Assembly (NCBI GenBank): GCA_039621445.1
Contig: CP154954.1
Span: 31,272,012 to 31,336,011, forward strand
DNA length: 64,000 nt
Source of the DNA: Euglena gracilis
Lineage: Eukaryota
Direction of reading: 5' to 3'
Shown one piece after another: positions 59,016 through 64,000 of this stretch; position 1 is the first letter of the stretch; each line of letters begins with the position of its first letter. The notes under the pieces were generated by a model, which did no database searches, had not been told where the DNA came from, and worked only from the letters and a program-made list of their open reading frames with translations. Position numbers and translations under genes: made by a program.

Positions 59016-59255
59016 CCATCCACCCCCCCCCCATTATGTACCTCCCCCCGGGAGGCCGAAATTGGGGGGAGGTACACAATGGGGGGGAGGTACACAATGG
59101 GGGGGGGGCGAGGTATACAATGGGGGCCATGCCTACGGATGGCCGGGCGAGGTGCATTCCCCTTGGGCTAGGTGCATACTGCCCCCCCCCATTATGTACC
59201 TCCCCCCCAGGGGGTACACAATGGGGGGGGGTACATAATGGGGGGGGGTGGATGG
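59016..59255. mobile_element. Tc1/mariner-like MITE in the DIRS-like RT
   Basis: TIR CCATCCAC(C)nATTATGTACC; TA TSD; removal gives HPRVIDRLTG. Confidence 0.85.
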
Positions 59256-59591
59256 TAATCGACCGCCTCACCGGTTACATGCTGTGGTTCCACAGGCCAC
59301 ACCGTGGAACAACCCTGTTCCTCCGGGGATGGTACTTGACAAAGTACACAATTGGCCGGCTCGACCACGCCTTTCCAAAACTCCGAAGGGCCCTCTTCCA
59401 CCTCCTCTTACAAGGCCTCACACCCTGGACCGCTTTCGACCCAATCCCACCTCCCCTCTTCAACCCCCTCATCTTCGTTGACGCCACCATCACAACTGAA
59501 GGCTGCCAAATCGGTCTTTACTGCCCCACCGTCGGATGCCGAATCCAACGAATCCCCTGCCCAGCCATATCCCAACAACGTGCCGAGCTGC

Positions 59592-62500
59592 GCAAATCCC
59601 TTGTGAAACCCAACTGATTTGGGGGGCAAAACCCTTTTGTTGCTCAACTGTTCGAGGGCCCCAAAATAACAAAATCCCTTGTGTTACCCACCCGTTTTGG
59701 GGTCCAAAACCTTTGGTTGACCAACTGGGTCGAGGGCCCCCACGGTAAAGGTCCCCAAAGGTCGCTATGGTCGACCCCCCCCGAGGCTGTGGGGTGGGTG
59801 GCGACCCTAGAAACCCTTGTGGGCCGACCCTAGGGTCGACTTAGGGTCGGCCCACACCACACACCACCTCCCCCCCCCCCTACAACCCTAGGGTCGACTT
59901 AGGGTCCCCCACCCTCCCACCCCCCCCAAAAAAAAAAAAGGAAATTTTCGGGCAAACCCTTTGTTGCCCAACTGTTCGAGGGCCCCAAAATAACAAAATC
60001 CCTTGTGTTACCCACCCGTTTTGGGGGCAAATCCCTTTTGTTGCCCAACTGTTCGAGGGCCCCAAAATAACAAAATCCCTTGTGTTACCCACCCGTTTTG
60101 GGGGCAAATCCCTTTTGTTGCCCAACTGTTCGAGGGCCCCAAAATAACAAAATCCCTTGTGTTACCCACCCGTTTTGGGGGGCAAATCCCTTGTGAAACC
60201 CAACAGATTTGGGGGGGCAAAAAACTTTTGTTGCCCAACTGTTCGAGGGCCCCAAAATAACAAAATCCCTTGTGTTACCCACCCGTTTTGGGGGCAAATC
60301 CCTTGTGTTGCCCAACTGTTCGAGGGCCCCAAAATAACAAAATCCCTTGTGTTACCCACCCGTTTTGAGGGGCAAATCCCTTGTGAAACCCAACTGATTT
60401 GGGGGGCAAAACCCTTTTGTTGCCCAACTGTTCGAAAGCCCCAAAATAACAAAATCCCTTGTGTTACCCACCCGTTTTGGGGGCAAATCCCTTTTGTTGC
60501 CCAACTGTTCGAGGGCCCCAAACTACAATCCCTTGTGTAACCAAGCTGATTTGGGGGGCAAATCCCTTTGTTACCCAACTGTTCGAGGGTCCCAAAATAA
60601 CAAAATCCCTTGTGTTACCCACCCGTTTTGGGGGGCAAATCCCTTTTGTTGCCCAACTGTTCGAGGGCCCCAAAATAACAAAATCCCTTGTGTTACCCAC
60701 CCGTTTTGGGGGCAAATCCCTTTTGTTGCCCAACTGTTCGAGGGCCCAAAATAACAAAATCCCTTGTGTTACCCACCGTTTTGGGGGGGAAAATCCCTTT
60801 TGTTGCCCAACTGTTCGAGGGCAAAACCCCCTGTGTTACCCCGTTTTTGGGGGGCAAATCCCTTGTGTACCCAACTGATTTGGGGGGCAAAACCCTTTTG
60901 TTGCCCAACTGTTCGAGGGGCCCCAAAATAACAAAACCCTTGTGTTACCCACCCATTTCGGGGGACAAATCCCTTTTGTTGCCAAACTGTTCGAGGGCCC
61001 CAAAATAACAAAATCCCTTGTGTTACCCACCCGTTTTGGAAGCAAATCCCTTGTGAAACCCAACTGATTTGGGGGGCAAAACCCTTTTGTTGCCCAACTG
61101 TTCGAGGGTCCCAAAATAACAAAATCCCTTGTGTTACCCACCCGTTTTGGTGGCAAATCCCTTTTGTTGCCCAACTGTTCGAGGGCCCCAAAATAACAAA
61201 ATCCCTTGTGTTACCCACCCGTTTTGGTGGCAAATCCCTTTTGTTGCCCAACTGTTCGAGGGCCCCAAAATAACAAAATCCCTTGTGTTACCCACCCGTT
61301 TTGGGGGAAAAATCCTTGTTTTTCCCAACTTTTAGAAGGAACCAAAATAACAAAATCCATTGTGTTACCCACCCATTTCGGGGGACAAATCCCTTTTGTT
61401 GCCCAACTGTTCGAGGGCCCCAAAATAACAAAATCCCTTGTGTTACCCACCCGTTTTGAGGGGCAAATCCCTTGTGAAACCCAACTGATTTGGGGGGCAA
61501 AACCCTTTTGTTGCCCAACTGTTCGAGGGTCCCAAAATAACAAAATCCCTTGTGTTACCCACCCGTTTTGAGGGGCAAATCCCTTTTGTTGCCCAACTGT
61601 TCGAGGGCCCCAAAATAACAAAATCCCTTGTGTTACCCACCCGTTTTGGGGGCAAATCCCTTGTGTTCCCCAAATGTTCGAGGGCCCCAAAATAACAAAA
61701 TCCCTTGTGTTACCCACCCATTTCGGGGGCCAAATCCCTTTTGTTGCCCAACTGTTCGAGGGCCCCAAAATAACAAAATCCCTTGTGTTACCCACCCGTT
61801 TTGTGGGCAAATCCCTTGTGTTCCCCAACTGTTCGAGGGCCCCAAAATAACAAAATCCCTTGTGTTACCCACCCATTTCGGGGGACAAATCCCTTTTGTT
61901 GCCCAACTGTTCGAGGGCCCCAAAATAACAAAATCCCTTGTGTTACCCGGCAAATCCCTTGTGAAACCCAACTGATTTGGGGGGCAAAACCCTTTTGTTG
62001 CCCAACTGTTCGCGGGCCCCAAAATAACAAAATCCCTTGTGTTACCCACCCGATTGGGGGATCAAATCCCTTTTGTTGCCCAACTGTTCGAGGGCCCCAA
62101 AATAACAAAATCCCTTGTGGTACCCACGGTTTGAGGCAACCACTCCTTGTGAACCCAACTGATTTGGGGGGCAAATCCCTTTTGTGCCCCAATGTTCGAG
62201 GGCCCCAAATAACAAAATCCCTTGTGTTACCCACCACTTTGGGGGGCAAATCCCTTGTTGCCCAAACTGTTCGAGGGCCCCAAAATAACAAATCCCTTGT
62301 GTTACCCACCCGTTTTGGTGGCAAATCCCTTTTGTTGCCCAACTGTTCGAGGGCCCCAAAATAACAAAATCCCTTGTGTTACCCACCCGTTTCTGTTCGA
62401 GGGCCCCAAAATAACAAATCCCTTGTGTTACCCACCCGTTTTGGGGGCAAAACCCTGTTGTTGCCCAACTGTTCGAGGGTCCCAAAATAACAAAATCCCT

Positions 62501-64000
62501 TGTGTTACCCACCCATTTCGGGGGACAAATCCCTTTTGTTGCCCAACTGTTCGAGGGCCCCAAAATAACAAAATCCCTTGTGTTACCCACCCGTTTTGAG
62601 GGGCAAATCCCTTGTGAAACCCAACTGATTTGGGGGGCAAAACCCTTTTGTTGCCCAACTGTTCGAGGGTCCCAAAATAACAAAATCCCTTGTGTTACCC
62701 ACCCGTTTTGGTGGCAAATCCCTTTTGTTGCCCAACTGTTCGAGGGCCCCAAAATAACAAAATCCCTTGTGTTACCCACCCGTTTTGGGGGCAAATCCCT
62801 TGTGAAACCCAACTGATTTGGGGGGCAAAACCCTTTTGTTGCCCAACTGTTCGAGGGTCCCAAAATAACAAAATCCCTTGTGTTACCCACCCGTTTTGGT
62901 GGCAAATCCCTTTTGTTGCCCAACTGTTCGAGGGCCCCAAAATAACAAAATCCCTTGTGTTACCCACCCGTTTTGGTGGCAACTCCCTTTTGTTGCCCAA
63001 CTGTTCGAGGGCCCCAAAATAACAAAATCCCTTGTGTTACCCACCCGTTTTGGTGGCAAATCCCTTTTGTTGCCCAACTGTTCGAGGGCCCCAAAATAAC
63101 AAAATCCCTTGTGTTACCCACCCGTTTTGGTGGCAAATCCCTTTTGTTGCCCAACTGTTCGAGGGCCCCAAAATAACAAAATCCCTTGTGTTACCCACCC
63201 GTTTTGGGGGCAAAACCCTTTTGTTGCCCAACTGTTCGAGGGCCCCAAAATAACAAAATCCCTTGTGTTACCCACCCATTTCGGGGGACAAATCCCTTTT
63301 GTTGCCCAACTGTTCGAGGGCCCCAAAATAACAAAATCCCTTGTGTTACCCACCCGTTTTGAGGGGCAAATCCCTTGTGAAACCCAACTGATTTGGGGGG
63401 CAAAACCCTTTTGTTGCCCAACTGTTCGAGGGTCCCAAAATAACAAAATCCCTTGTGTTACCCACCCGTTTTGGTGGCAAATCCCTTTTGTTGCCCAACT
63501 GTTCGAGGGCCCCAAAATAACAAAATCCCTTGTGTTACCCACCCGTTTTGGGGGCAAATCCCTTGTGTTCCCCAAATGTTCGAGGGCCCCAAACTAACAA
63601 AATCCCTTGTGTTACCCACCCATTTCGGGGGACAAATCCCTTTTGTTGCCCAACTGTTCGAGGGCCCCAAAATAACAAAATCCCCTGTGTTACCCACCCA
63701 TTTTGAGGGGCAAATCCCTTGTGAAACCCAGCTGATTTGGGGGGCAAAACCCTTTTGTTGCCCAACTGTTCGAGGGTCCCAAAATAACAAAATCCCTTGT
63801 GTTACCCACCCGTTTTGGGGGACAAATCCCTTTTGTTGCCCAATTGTTCGAGGGTCCCAAAATAACAAAATCCCTTGTGTTACCCACCCGTTTTGAGGGG
63901 CAAATCCCTTGTGAAACCCAACTGATTTGGGGGGCAAAACCCTTTTGTTGCCCAACTGTTCGAGGGTCCCAAAATAACAAAATCCCTTGTGTTACCCACC
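59592..64000. repeat. 77-bp satellite array with 34-bp variant subunits, running off the window end
   Basis: Unit CCCAACTGTTCGAGGGCCCCAAAATAACAAAATCCCTTGTGTTACCCACCCGTTTTGGGGGCAAATCCCTTTTGTTG. Confidence 0.97.

Larger units (their letters stand above)
56071..59593 (+). mobile_element. DIRS-order-like RT/RNase H element, copy B, degenerate
   Basis: ATIDLTNFFW, LPFGW, YCDD, ISPKSSLVPTQEITWLG, RLTGYMLW, RNaseH LIFVDAT...QQRAEL; no tyrosine recombinase seen. Confidence 0.75.

Noticed and set aside
59592-64000. CRISPR-like periodic array and its many ORFs
   Set aside because: No unique spacers, no cas genes, eukaryotic context; it is a tandem satellite.

Overview
Eukaryotic nuclear DNA, almost certainly from a euglenid. 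Two lines of evidence: four exact copies of the 26-nt Euglena spliced-leader exon, and seven introns with the euglenid nonconventional geometry (stem from +4 to -6). The only clear host gene is PPWD1/CYP71 (minus strand, 14 exons found, 11 GT-AG and 2 nonconventional introns), cut off by an N-gap. The rest is nested mobile DNA. An ~11.2 kb block occurs twice (1-11171 and 46906-58190). It contains a CRE-clade RLE non-LTR retrotransposon, preceded by an SL exon and (in copy B) carrying a consensus 2A/StopGo motif, and a divergently oriented DIRS-type RT/RNaseH element with a variant 2A motif. A 5.2 kb hAT transposon with both TIRs has a transposase that only reassembles after removing five nonconventional or intermediate introns. 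There are also deleted hATs, many MITEs (TA, 3-, 7- and 8-bp TSDs), microsatellites and a terminal 77-bp satellite. Main hypothesis: the 3+5 nt unpaired flanks of nonconventional introns equal an 8-bp hAT target-site duplication, and several introns here still show partial 8-nt duplications. All calls were made by eye, without database searches.
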